A DNA stretch of 50,303 bases, from NCBI GenBank assembly GCA_902826465.1, contig CADEEX010000001.1, positions 11,162 to 61,464 of the forward strand, in the 5' to 3' direction. A program made the translations under genes and the position numbers. The notes beneath the pieces were generated by a model. It was given only the letters and a program-made list of their open reading frames with translations, was not told where the DNA came from and did not search any database. Origin of the DNA: an uncultured Acidobacteriota bacterium (GTDB lineage: Bacteria > Acidobacteriota > Vicinamibacteria > Vicinamibacterales > CAVVIG01). Shown here in pieces: positions 9,346 through 17,274 of the stretch (position 1 is its first letter; every line of letters starts with the position of its first letter).

Positions 9346-10040
9346 GCGACCCTGCTTTCAGCGCCGGTGGCATCGATGATGCGAATCGCGTGGGCGAGTT
9401 CCGGCACGGTGTTCCAGTTCTGCATCTGCGCCGCCAGGTCGCGCATGAACTGCAGATCGGCGGCGGTGTCGACGGTGAGCCGCAGCTCAGGCCGGCGCAC
9501 GTTGACGGGTGCCGGGGTCACGAGCGGCACGAAGCGCTCGCGATCGCGGCGGATGAGCGGCGTGACGTGCTCGCGGTCAGCACGATCGGTTGCCAGAATC
9601 GCGGCACGATTGAGCGCGTCCACGGTGATCGCTTCGACGGCCGCGCCATACGGCAAGCCGTCCTCGATCACGTGGTCGGCGCCTGACTCGCGCAGCGCCT
9701 TCAGCACGCGCTCCGGACCGTCAATATCAGTGAGTGGATCGTCGGCGGTCGCGCGCACGACATAGCGGGCATTCACTGAACGCGCGGCCAGCGCGAATCG
9801 GAGGAGCACGTCCTCGTCGGGTCCGCGGAACACCGGCACGCAGTACGCCGCCGCGGCCGCGGCCAGCGGATCGTCGTCGCGGCTGGTCGTCGTGGCCAGC
9901 ATCACCGGTGCGGCAGACCCGACCAGCAGCCGTGCCAGGCAGTGCGCCACCAGCGATCGCGCCCCGATCGTCGTCAGCGATTTTCCGGGCAACCGGCTCG
10001 AGCCCATGCGGGCCTGGAGAATGATCACCGCCTGGCTCAC
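9342..10040 (-). CDS. cytidylyltransferase, SpsF/FlmC/PseF-like (CMP-nonulosonate synthetase family)
   Basis: VIILQARMGSSRLPGKSL is the SpsF/FlmC N-terminal signature. The ORF track extends to 10643, but that part overlaps the ATP-grasp gene and is Arg/Gly junk. GTG at 10040 overlaps the upstream TGA (GTGA). Confidence 0.8.
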   Translation of the reverse strand: MSQAVIILQARMGSSRLPGKSLTTIGARSLVAHCLARLLVGSAAPVMLATTTSRDDDPLAAAAAAYCVPVFRGPDEDVLLRFALAARSVNARYVVRATADDPLTDIDGPERVLKALRESGADHVIEDGLPYGAAVEAITVDALNRAAILATDRADREHVTPLIRRDRERFVPLVTPAPVNVRRPELRLTVDTAADLQFMRDLAAQMQNWNTVPELAHAIRIIDATGAESRVA

Positions 10041-11047
10041 GCGACGTCTCCTATCGCCATCGGCGGCCGGCGGCCCGAATCGAGCGCATCGCCCTTCACG
10101 AAGATGGACGCCTCGTAGCTGGTCAGCCACAGGTCGCCGCGAAAACGGCCAATGCGAGGCGCGACCCGGCGCCCCGCCGTCAGCTCGAGCAGATACAGTG
10201 GAAAATCGGCACCAGCCGCGATCGTCAAGGGGATCCCACCAGAAAAGCGCGGGTTGATCTCGAACACCACCGGTTCGCCCTTCACCACGCGGCACTGAAT
10301 GTTGACGGCGCCGAGGAACGGCATGGCCGCCGCCACAGATTCCGCCAATGCCATGAGCGCCGGGTCCTGCACCGTGCGCCCCCGGTCCATGACACCGGCA
10401 CGGACGACGACGCGTTCGCGCGGGACGATTGCGATCGGCTGATGATTGAAATCGCAGAACAGGTCGATCGTGTATTCGGGCCCGTCCAGGAACTCCTGAA
10501 CGACCGGGGTCTCGACGTAGTTCGAGAAGAAGGCGAGATCCTTCGCGCTGTGGACCTGGAAGGCGCCGACACCGCCACGACCGGCGCGGGGTTTGATGAA
10601 CAGCGGAAAATTTGGGTCGGCAGGCACGTCGGCAGGCAGCCATGTCTCCGCGGCGCGGACACCGTGGTCGCGCAGGTAGCGGCAGGTGGCGAGCTTGTCG
10701 TTACAGGTCTTGCTGGTCCACTCGGGTGAGACCGCCACGCGGATACCGCGCGCCAGGAACCACTTCGCCGCCGACGCAAAGATCTCGAGCTCGTCATCGA
10801 TGGTCGGTACGATCAGCGCGATCCGCTCGGTCTCACAGATGCCGATGATGGCGTCGAGGTAGTCGGGTGACGTCGCCATCGGCACGTGATACCAGCGCTC
10901 CGCCACGTGAACCGCCGGCGACAACGGGTTGACGTCGGTCACGATGACGCGACCGCGTCGGCCCGAGGCCGCCAGCGCCGACTGAAACGCCTGCACCAGC
11001 GGTACGCGTCTCGACGCCGCCGTGATCAGGACGTTAAGCGACACCAC
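10037..11047 (-). CDS. ATP-grasp domain protein (carboxylate-amine ligase-like)
   Basis: 336 aa. PreATP-grasp N-terminus (NVLITAASRRVPLVQAF) and ATP-grasp core (PLFIKPRAGRGGVGAF...EFLDGPEYTIDL...FEINPRFSGG). Confidence 0.75.
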   Translation of the reverse strand: MVSLNVLITAASRRVPLVQAFQSALAASGRRGRVIVTDVNPLSPAVHVAERWYHVPMATSPDYLDAIIGICETERIALIVPTIDDELEIFASAAKWFLARGIRVAVSPEWTSKTCNDKLATCRYLRDHGVRAAETWLPADVPADPNFPLFIKPRAGRGGVGAFQVHSAKDLAFFSNYVETPVVQEFLDGPEYTIDLFCDFNHQPIAIVPRERVVVRAGVMDRGRTVQDPALMALAESVAAAMPFLGAVNIQCRVVKGEPVVFEINPRFSGGIPLTIAAGADFPLYLLELTAGRRVAPRIGRFRGDLWLTSYEASIFVKGDALDSGRRPPMAIGDVA

Positions 11048-12089
11048 GCTGCTCCCTGACCGACGGCAGGTCGTGTCCGAGAAAGGGCGCGCCGGCCTCG
11101 ATGGCCCGGGTCACGACCGTGCCAATGAGTTCGTCGCGCAAGGCCGGCGATAGACCGCGTGACGGGCGCAGCACGGTGATGTCGTCGCGTTCGATGCGCT
11201 GTCCGGGCACCAGCGCCCGGGTGGTATGCAGGGCGCGGCGGCTGGCCGTCAGGTTGACCGCTTCGGCCGGCAGGCATTCGCGGCGCCCGTGCCCGAGCGC
11301 CAGCTGAGTGCGGGCCGCCGCCGTGACGAGGTGTGCGAATTGCTCCGGCGAGCTCGACACCGCGGCATCGACACCGTGGTCGGCGCTCATCATCAGGTGA
11401 CGCTCGTAGAGCGTCGCGCCCAGGGCCACTGCCACCGGGACGGCCGACGTATCGCGGGCGTGATCGGACAGGCCGACAGGCAGGTCGAACAGATGCGAGA
11501 GCGTCTGGATGGCGCGCAGGTTCTCGCTGCCCGCCGGCACCGGATACGCCGAGACGCAGTGCAGCAGCGCGATCCGCGTGGCGCCGTGCTCTCGGGCGAC
11601 CGCCACGGCGTGCGCGGTCTCCTCGAGCGTCGACATCCCGGTCGACATGATGAGCGGCAGGCCGGTGGCCGCCGCCGCCGCAATCAGCGCGTCATACGTC
11701 AGGTCTCCGCTCGCAATCTTGAGAGCACCGACACCGACGTCAACGAGCATATCCACCGCCGCCAGGGAGAACGGCGTTGCCACCAGCTCGAGCCCGCGCT
11801 CCCGGACTCGTTCGGCAATGGCGATGTGGGCCGCTCGATCGAGCTCGAACTGACGGAAGAAGTGCCGCAGCGACGCGTCAGGCACATGCGCCGGCGCCGG
11901 GCACTCGGCCGCCACCAGCTCCTCGGCGCGAAACGTCTGCAGCTTGACCGCCGAGGCACCGGCGTCCGCCGCGGCGTCGACCATCGCCAGCGCCCGTTCG
12001 AGGGAGCCTCCGTGGTTGAGGCCCAGCTCGGCGATCACGAACAGCGGTTCACGAACGCCCACACGACGACTGCCGATCTCAAATGACAT
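11034..12089 (-). CDS. nonulosonic acid synthase (NeuB/PseI/LegI family) with C-terminal SAF domain
   Basis: 351 aa. LFVIAELGLNHGGSLERALAMVDAAADAGASAVKLQTF and LSDH motifs typical of NeuB. The C-terminal SAF-like segment is present. Confidence 0.9.
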   Translation of the reverse strand: MSFEIGSRRVGVREPLFVIAELGLNHGGSLERALAMVDAAADAGASAVKLQTFRAEELVAAECPAPAHVPDASLRHFFRQFELDRAAHIAIAERVRERGLELVATPFSLAAVDMLVDVGVGALKIASGDLTYDALIAAAAATGLPLIMSTGMSTLEETAHAVAVAREHGATRIALLHCVSAYPVPAGSENLRAIQTLSHLFDLPVGLSDHARDTSAVPVAVALGATLYERHLMMSADHGVDAAVSSSPEQFAHLVTAAARTQLALGHGRRECLPAEAVNLTASRRALHTTRALVPGQRIERDDITVLRPSRGLSPALRDELIGTVVTRAIEAGAPFLGHDLPSVREQRGVA

Positions 12090-12777
12090 GACTCTCTGAC
12101 CTCATAGGGACCAATCGGTCCGCGGTTTCTGGTACCTGCGCCAGGGCGCGCACGTGGACGCCGACGCCGACGGCCTCGCAATCACAGGCGATCGCGTCCG
12201 GCAGCAGGTGGATGGTGCACATCCCGATCGCCGCGGCACCTTCGATGTCCGCATGCCGATCGTCGCCAACAAAGACGGTGTGTGCGGGCGCGGCGCCGAG
12301 TCGCGTCAGCGCCGCACGGAATGCCGGCGCGGCGGGCTTGCCGGCGCCATCGCCATGCTCGGTGGCAAACACCACCGTGTCGACGAACGGCTCGAGGCCG
12401 AGCGCCGCGATCTTGCGGCGCTGAATGCGCGGCGTGCCGTTGGTGACGACACCGAGTTTCCAGCTGGCGCGGAGTTCGGTCAGGACGCGCCGCGTCTGCC
12501 GGGGCAGCCGCAGTGACGGCGTGTGCTCGCGCATCACGTCGGCGAGGACCGGCACCAGTGACCCTGGCAGCGAGAAGCGCTCGCACAGCGCCTGCAGCTC
12601 GCGGCCACGCGCACCACCGACCAGCGCACGGCGCAGGACCTTCAGCACCGACCGCTCCGGCAGCCCGCGCTCGGCGGCCAGGCGGCGGCCCACTTCGCGG
12701 AAGCCGCTGCGCACGAATGCGCGGTATGGATACAGCGTGTCGTCGAGATCAAAGAGAATGGCGCGCGATTCACGCAC
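12079..12777 (-). CDS. HAD-superfamily hydrolase/phosphatase
   Basis: DxD motif ILFDLDDTLY, VVTNG, and FVGDD...D motif IV. The ORF track starts at 12843. GTG at 12777 (VRESRAILFDLDD) gives the usual short N-terminus and only an 8-nt overlap with the upstream gene. Confidence 0.75.
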   Translation of the reverse strand: MRESRAILFDLDDTLYPYRAFVRSGFREVGRRLAAERGLPERSVLKVLRRALVGGARGRELQALCERFSLPGSLVPVLADVMREHTPSLRLPRQTRRVLTELRASWKLGVVTNGTPRIQRRKIAALGLEPFVDTVVFATEHGDGAGKPAAPAFRAALTRLGAAPAHTVFVGDDRHADIEGAAAIGMCTIHLLPDAIACDCEAVGVGVHVRALAQVPETADRLVPMRSESHVI

Positions 12778-13774
12778 AGCGACGGCTCCTGTCCTGCAGC
12801 AGCGCATGAATACGGGCGGCCACTCGCTCCGCACCCCGTCCATCGACCAGACGACGCGCCCGCGTCGTCATCGCCACCCGCTGCGTCCGATCCGCCGCCA
12901 GGCGCGCCACACCGGCCGCCGCGGCATCCAACGACTGACGGCTTGCAGACACCTCACCGGCATCGAGCACCGCGCCTTCCTGCGCAAACGCGCGAATGGC
13001 GCGGCGCTGTTCCGGCACGACCGCCAGCGCCACGGCCGGCACGCCGAGCGCGCACGCCTCGTACAGCGTCACGCCGCCGGCGACAATCGCCAGATCGGCG
13101 TCGAGCAGCGCGCGCGTCAGCCCGGTGCGCACCGCCAACCAGCTGGCATGACGCAACGGTGGGCGCGAGCCTTTGGCGAACCCTGCCGCCACGGCGATCT
13201 CGGCATCTGGCACACGCGACACAATCGCATCCACCAGCCGCTGCGCGACGCGCACGACATGCTGTCCACCGCCGAGCGCCACGATGATCTGCGGATGCGC
13301 GAGGTGGCGCTGTGGGGCCCGCAGGTGCCGGGCACCGGCAATGCGGCTATCGAGGAGGTAGTAACGGGCGCCGTGCAGCACATCGAGAGCGGCACCCGGA
13401 CGGCGAGTGCCTAGGGCGCCACAGATCACCAGGTCGGCGTCGTGAACCCGTTCATCGTCATGGACACTGACCGACAGGATGCCGGCGCGACGGGCGCGAG
13501 CCACCCAGGCGCGACCACGGGATGGACTGGGGTCGTCAACCACGAGGACGTCGGCATCGCGCAACGCCTCGGCGTCGGTCACGACGGGGCCAACGACGTC
13601 AGCCGCCGCCCGTGCCGCACGACCACCGCGCAGTGAGATAGAGATGTCCATCTCGAGACAGCGCGCCAGCGCGCGGGCGCGCATCAAGTGGCCGAAGCCG
13701 ACCCTCGGGCCAGCGGCAATGCGGAACACGCAGCGGAGACGTCCGTTTGCGTGAGTCTTGGCGAGGACGGACAC
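12770..13774 (-). CDS. PseG/SpsG/FlmD-like UDP-sugar hydrolase (GT28-like fold)
   Basis: 334 aa. N-terminal FRIAAGPRVGFGHLMRARALARCL matches the PseG G-x-GH-x-x-R signature. C-terminal GGVTLYEACALGVPAVAL is the MurG/GT28-like C-terminal motif. GTG start. Confidence 0.7.
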   Translation of the reverse strand: MSVLAKTHANGRLRCVFRIAAGPRVGFGHLMRARALARCLEMDISISLRGGRAARAAADVVGPVVTDAEALRDADVLVVDDPSPSRGRAWVARARRAGILSVSVHDDERVHDADLVICGALGTRRPGAALDVLHGARYYLLDSRIAGARHLRAPQRHLAHPQIIVALGGGQHVVRVAQRLVDAIVSRVPDAEIAVAAGFAKGSRPPLRHASWLAVRTGLTRALLDADLAIVAGGVTLYEACALGVPAVALAVVPEQRRAIRAFAQEGAVLDAGEVSASRQSLDAAAAGVARLAADRTQRVAMTTRARRLVDGRGAERVAARIHALLQDRSRRCA

Positions 13775-13776
13775 GA

Positions 13777-14373
13777 TCAGGCGATGCTCCAGACGCGGCG
13801 GGCAATCAGCACCCAGGCGTCAAACGTTGGCGCCAGTTCGCGTTCAAGCAGCGTGGCGACGGCGTTCCAATCGGCGTTGACCTGATGGGCGATGACCGCT
13901 TCGACCAGGCGGCAGAGCCGCAGGACGAGCGCGTCGAAGTCAGCACGGTGGGGCTCGATGCACGTCTTGGCACGCCCGAGTGCCGCCGTCAACGTTGTCA
14001 GCGTCTGTATTGAGGTGGTGAGACCCGGCAGATCGCGTACCGCGGCCGCTACCTGCCCGGCGCGCAGACGCGTGGCAATCCGCAGCGTCGCCGCCTTGAG
14101 CGGGACGATGCTGTCGAACGCGGCCCGTGCAGAGGCGTGCAGAAGCTCGTCGACACTCGCGGTCTCGACGTGGATCTCACCAACGGCGCGCAGTTTGCGC
14201 GCCAGCGCGATCGGCTCGCGGAATGTCGGCACAGCGACACCGCCGAATCGGACGGCCGTCACAACCTGACGGGCGCCGAGTTCGCCGTTCTCGAGCAGAT
14301 TGAGCAGTTCTCCCCAGTTTTCCGGGCCTGAAAGCGATTTTCGCGTCAGACCGTTCACGCTGATCTGGAGCAC
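13777..14373 (-). CDS. hypothetical protein, first gene of the sugar/stator operon
   Basis: 198-aa ORF, GTG start preceded by GGAGG at 7-nt spacing. Ends 2 nt before the next gene. I recognise no family. The C-terminal half looks all-helical. Confidence 0.6.
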   Translation of the reverse strand: MLQISVNGLTRKSLSGPENWGELLNLLENGELGARQVVTAVRFGGVAVPTFREPIALARKLRAVGEIHVETASVDELLHASARAAFDSIVPLKAATLRIATRLRAGQVAAAVRDLPGLTTSIQTLTTLTAALGRAKTCIEPHRADFDALVLRLCRLVEAVIAHQVNADWNAVATLLERELAPTFDAWVLIARRVWSIA

Positions 14374-14397
14374 ATCGAACCTCCGGCTTCGTCCTAG

Positions 14398-14413
14398 AGC
14401 CAGAAGCTTGCCA
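14398..14413 (-). promoter_or_regulatory. weak sigma-54-like -24/-12 candidate
   Basis: Minus strand reads TGGCAA-gcttc-TGGCT, with correct GG/GC spacing against TGGCAC-N5-TTGCW. It would leave only about a 15-nt leader before the GTG at 14373. Confidence 0.25.
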
Positions 14414-14451
14414 ACTGCGGCAGGGTCGACATGACAGTTTGGTCACATCGT

Positions 14452-14479
14452 TAAAGCGCGTGGACTCGTGTCCGATTAC
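14452..14479 (+). promoter_or_regulatory. sigma-28 (FliA) promoter of fliC
   Basis: TAAA-N15-TCCGATTA against consensus TAAA-N15-GCCGATAA, about 85 nt upstream of the fliC ATG. Confidence 0.75.
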
Positions 14480-14492
14480 GTCCCCGAACAAT

Positions 14493-14556
14493 GGGGTGCC
14501 TCACGGAGGCCCCCGGGTGGACGGCAAGGATGCCGATCACCGATTTCACGGAGGAC
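14493..14556 (+). promoter_or_regulatory. fliC 5' leader with two CACGGAGG motifs (putative CsrA sites, the second overlapping the SD)
   Basis: TCACGGAGG at 14501-14509 sits in the loop of a GGGG(t)GCC/GGCCCCC hairpin. TCACGGAGG at 14546-14554 overlaps the GGAGGA Shine-Dalgarno. fliW-csrA are present in the window. Confidence 0.4.
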
Positions 14557-14564
14557 AGATCAAC

Positions 14565-15362
14565 ATGGCTTTCTCAATTGTCAACAACGTCGCCGCGGCG
14601 AACGCGCAGGCCAACCTGACGGCCACCAACCTCGGACTGAACAAGGCGTTGAACCGCCTGTCCAGCGGTCTTCGCATCAACAGCTCGGGCGACGACGCGG
14701 CCGGCTTGGCCGTGGCCAACAGCTACCGTTCGAACATCGCGGTGCTGAACCAGGGCATCCGCAACGCCGGTGACGGTCTGTCGACCCTGCAGATTCAGGA
14801 CGGCGCCCTGAACAACATCTCGAACCTCGTTGATCGTCTCGCCACCCTGGCGACTCAGTCGGCGTCGTCGAGCTCGGCGGTTGACCGCAACGTGCTGGAC
14901 GCGGAATTCCAGGACGTGCTCGGAGAAATCGACCGCGAAGCGACGGTGGCCGGCCTCGACGCGTCACAGGGCTTCTCGGTGTTCGTCAGCAACAACAGCA
15001 CGAACGGCACCATCGGCGGCACCATCGGTGCGGCTGACACGACGGGTCTGTCGCTGACCGGTCTGGCGGTTGACACCGCGTCAAACGCGGCAACGGCGGT
15101 TGCGTCCCTTGCGGCGGCGGTCACCTCGCTCGGCAGTGTCCAAGCCCAGGTCGGTACCATTCAGAACCGCCTGCAGTACGCCATCAACCTGTCCACCTCG
15201 CAGGTGGTCAACAACACGGCGGCCGAAAGCCGGATTCGCGATGCCAACGTCGCGGAAGAGTCGTCGAACCTGACCAAGTTCAACATCCTGACGCAGAGCG
15301 GCGTGGCCGCACTGGCGCAGGCGAACCAGGCCAACCAGTCGGTGCTCCAGCTGCTCCGCTAA
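14565..15362 (+). CDS. fliC: flagellin (short, 265 aa)
   Basis: MAFSIVNNVAAANAQANL...LSSGLRINSSGDDAAGLAV N-terminal and ...SNLTKFNILTQSGVAALAQANQANQSVLQLLR C-terminal flagellin domains. ATG at 14565 with GGAGGA 9 nt upstream. The ORF-track start at 14439 lies upstream of the promoter. Confidence 0.95.
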   Translation: MAFSIVNNVAAANAQANLTATNLGLNKALNRLSSGLRINSSGDDAAGLAVANSYRSNIAVLNQGIRNAGDGLSTLQIQDGALNNISNLVDRLATLATQSASSSSAVDRNVLDAEFQDVLGEIDREATVAGLDASQGFSVFVSNNSTNGTIGGTIGAADTTGLSLTGLAVDTASNAATAVASLAAAVTSLGSVQAQVGTIQNRLQYAINLSTSQVVNNTAAESRIRDANVAEESSNLTKFNILTQSGVAALAQANQANQSVLQLLR

Positions 15363-15369
15363 TCTCGCC

Positions 15370-15405
15370 GGGAACGAGGTCCTCCGGGACCTCGTTCCCA
15401 TTTCT
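15370..15405 (+). terminator. rho-independent terminator after fliC
   Basis: Perfect 13-bp stem GGGAACGAGGTCC / GGACCTCGTTCCC, 4-nt loop, followed by ATTTCT. Starts 8 nt after the fliC stop. Confidence 0.8.
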
Positions 15406-15488
15406 GCACGCAGGGCACGCTGGCCGCCCCTCCTCGTGCACTCCGCGCTCTCGCCGGGCCCCGCAGCTGCCGATAGAGAAACTGCCCC

Positions 15489-16859
15489 ATGGCCACCACC
15501 GGGATTACTTTCAGCGGCTTCAACGACATCGATTTCAACGTCGTCCTGAACGCCATCATGGACCAGGAGAGTCAGCCACTGGCTGCCCTCCAGGCCCGCC
15601 AGAACGAACTCAAACGAGTCGACACCAACTACACCACGCTGGCCGGCAAGCTCGGCACACTGCAGAGCAAGGCCTCCGGGCTGTCGTCGCCACACTCGCT
15701 GGTGCGATACGCGGCGTCTTCATCCGACGCCAATGCGCTGACGACGTCGGCCACGACCAGCGCAGCACCCGGCCGTTACGAAGTCGTCGTCAACGAGCTC
15801 GCCCGCGCGCAGGTGACGGTGTCGTCATCGAGCGCCACCGACATCGACACGACGGCTGTTGCCACGGGCGGCACGCTGACGATTGGCAGCCAGGTGGTCA
15901 CGCTGTCAGGCGCGACGACGCTGAAAGAACTGGCCGATCTGATCAATGCCGATTCGACCGGTCCCGCCACCGCATCGATCGTCCAGACCGCACCGAATGC
16001 CTATCGCCTGGCGCTCAGCAGCAAGGACACCGGCGCCGCCAACGCCTTCACGATCCAGAACGGCCTGACGGGCGCGACGCTGGCATTCACCGACACCGAC
16101 AACGACAACATCTCCGGCGACAGCGCGGCGGACAACGCCGTCAGTGCGACCGATGCGTCGGTGCTGGTGAACAACATCCCGGTCACGAGCAGCACCAATA
16201 CCCTCAGTGCCGGCATTCCCGGCGTCACGCTGACGCTGCTCGAAAAGAACCCGGCCAAGACCGTGGTCGTCTCGGTGTCCCGCAACGATACCGACCTCGC
16301 CGATCGCGTGGATGCGTTCGTCTCGGCGTACAACGACCTCGTGAAGTTCGCGACCGACCAGGCCGCGACCGCGGCCACCGGCACGACCGGCACCCTCGGA
16401 CGCGACCCGCTGCTGCGGACACTGCGCACGGAGCTGCGCGACACGGTCGGCGGGCTCCATGGCGCCGGCGTGTTTCAGCACCTGGCGGAAGTCGGCATCG
16501 GATTCAACAAGACCGGACAGCTGACGTTCAACCGCGAGACCTTCAACGGGGCGCTTCAGAGCAATCAGGCCGCGGTCCAATCGCTGTTCACGGACGCCAC
16601 GACCGGCGTCTTCAAGAAAGTCGACTCGGTCATCGCCAGCTACATCACGGCGGGGGGATTCGTGCCGTCGGCCCGAACGCGCGTCAGTGACCAGATAACG
16701 CGGCTGACCGGACGGGTCAATGACATGACCGCCAGCCTCGCCGTCCGCCGCCGCACGCTTCAGGCACAGTTCATCGCCGCCGACCGCGCCATGGCCTCGC
16801 TCAAGAGCCAGCAGAGCGCACTCTCATCATTCGCCAGCAACATCAACAGTCCTCTCTAG
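15489..16859 (+). CDS. fliD: flagellar filament cap protein FliD (HAP2)
   Basis: 456 aa. N-terminal GITFSGFNDIDFNVVLNAIMDQESQPL and C-terminal ...QFIAADRAMASLKSQQSALSSF are typical FliD termini. Confidence 0.93.
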   Translation: MATTGITFSGFNDIDFNVVLNAIMDQESQPLAALQARQNELKRVDTNYTTLAGKLGTLQSKASGLSSPHSLVRYAASSSDANALTTSATTSAAPGRYEVVVNELARAQVTVSSSSATDIDTTAVATGGTLTIGSQVVTLSGATTLKELADLINADSTGPATASIVQTAPNAYRLALSSKDTGAANAFTIQNGLTGATLAFTDTDNDNISGDSAADNAVSATDASVLVNNIPVTSSTNTLSAGIPGVTLTLLEKNPAKTVVVSVSRNDTDLADRVDAFVSAYNDLVKFATDQAATAATGTTGTLGRDPLLRTLRTELRDTVGGLHGAGVFQHLAEVGIGFNKTGQLTFNRETFNGALQSNQAAVQSLFTDATTGVFKKVDSVIASYITAGGFVPSARTRVSDQITRLTGRVNDMTASLAVRRRTLQAQFIAADRAMASLKSQQSALSSFASNINSPL

Positions 16860-16877
16860 CGACAGGTCCAGACATCG

Positions 16878-17273
16878 ATGAATCTCCCGAATCGAGGCAT
16901 CAACGCCTACCGCCAGACCGAAGTGCAGTCGCGCTCGCCGCTCGAGCTCGTCGTCATGCTCTACGACGGCGCCCTCCGCTTCATGCGCGAGGCGAAAGCC
17001 GGCTTCGAACAGCGCGATATCCGCAAGCGGGCCGAGGCCGTGTCCAGAACCATGGCCATCATCGACCAGCTGCAGAACACGCTCGATATGAAGGCCGGCG
17101 GCGACATTGCCAAGTCGCTCGACCAGCTCTACACGTTCGTCCGCGACCGGATGCTGCAGGCCTCGATGCACCAGGATTCGAAACCCGTCGACGACGCCAT
17201 TGCCGTGATGTCGAACCTGCGCGATGCGTGGGGCGAGATCAGCGCGCGCGAGAGCCGATCGGTCGCGAGATAG
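16878..17273 (+). CDS. fliS: flagellin-specific export chaperone FliS
   Basis: 131 aa. YRQTEVQSRSPLELVVMLYDGALRFM is the FliS signature. Confidence 0.93.
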   Translation: MNLPNRGINAYRQTEVQSRSPLELVVMLYDGALRFMREAKAGFEQRDIRKRAEAVSRTMAIIDQLQNTLDMKAGGDIAKSLDQLYTFVRDRMLQASMHQDSKPVDDAIAVMSNLRDAWGEISARESRSVAR

Positions 17274-17274
17274 C

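Noticed and set aside
10041-10643. A 200-aa N-terminal extension of the cytidylyltransferase ORF (ORF track 9342-10643).
   Set aside because: The extension overlaps the ATP-grasp gene in another frame and is Arg/Gly/Pro junk. The family signature begins right at the GTG at 10040, which forms a GTGA overlap with the upstream stop.
15469-15476. GCCGATAG, a -10-like element upstream of fliD.
   Set aside because: It ends only 12 nt before the fliD ATG, so a transcript from it would lack an SD. The -35 position reads CTCG. fliD is more likely expressed by read-through of the fliC terminator or from an unrecognised promoter. I cannot exclude a near-leaderless transcript.
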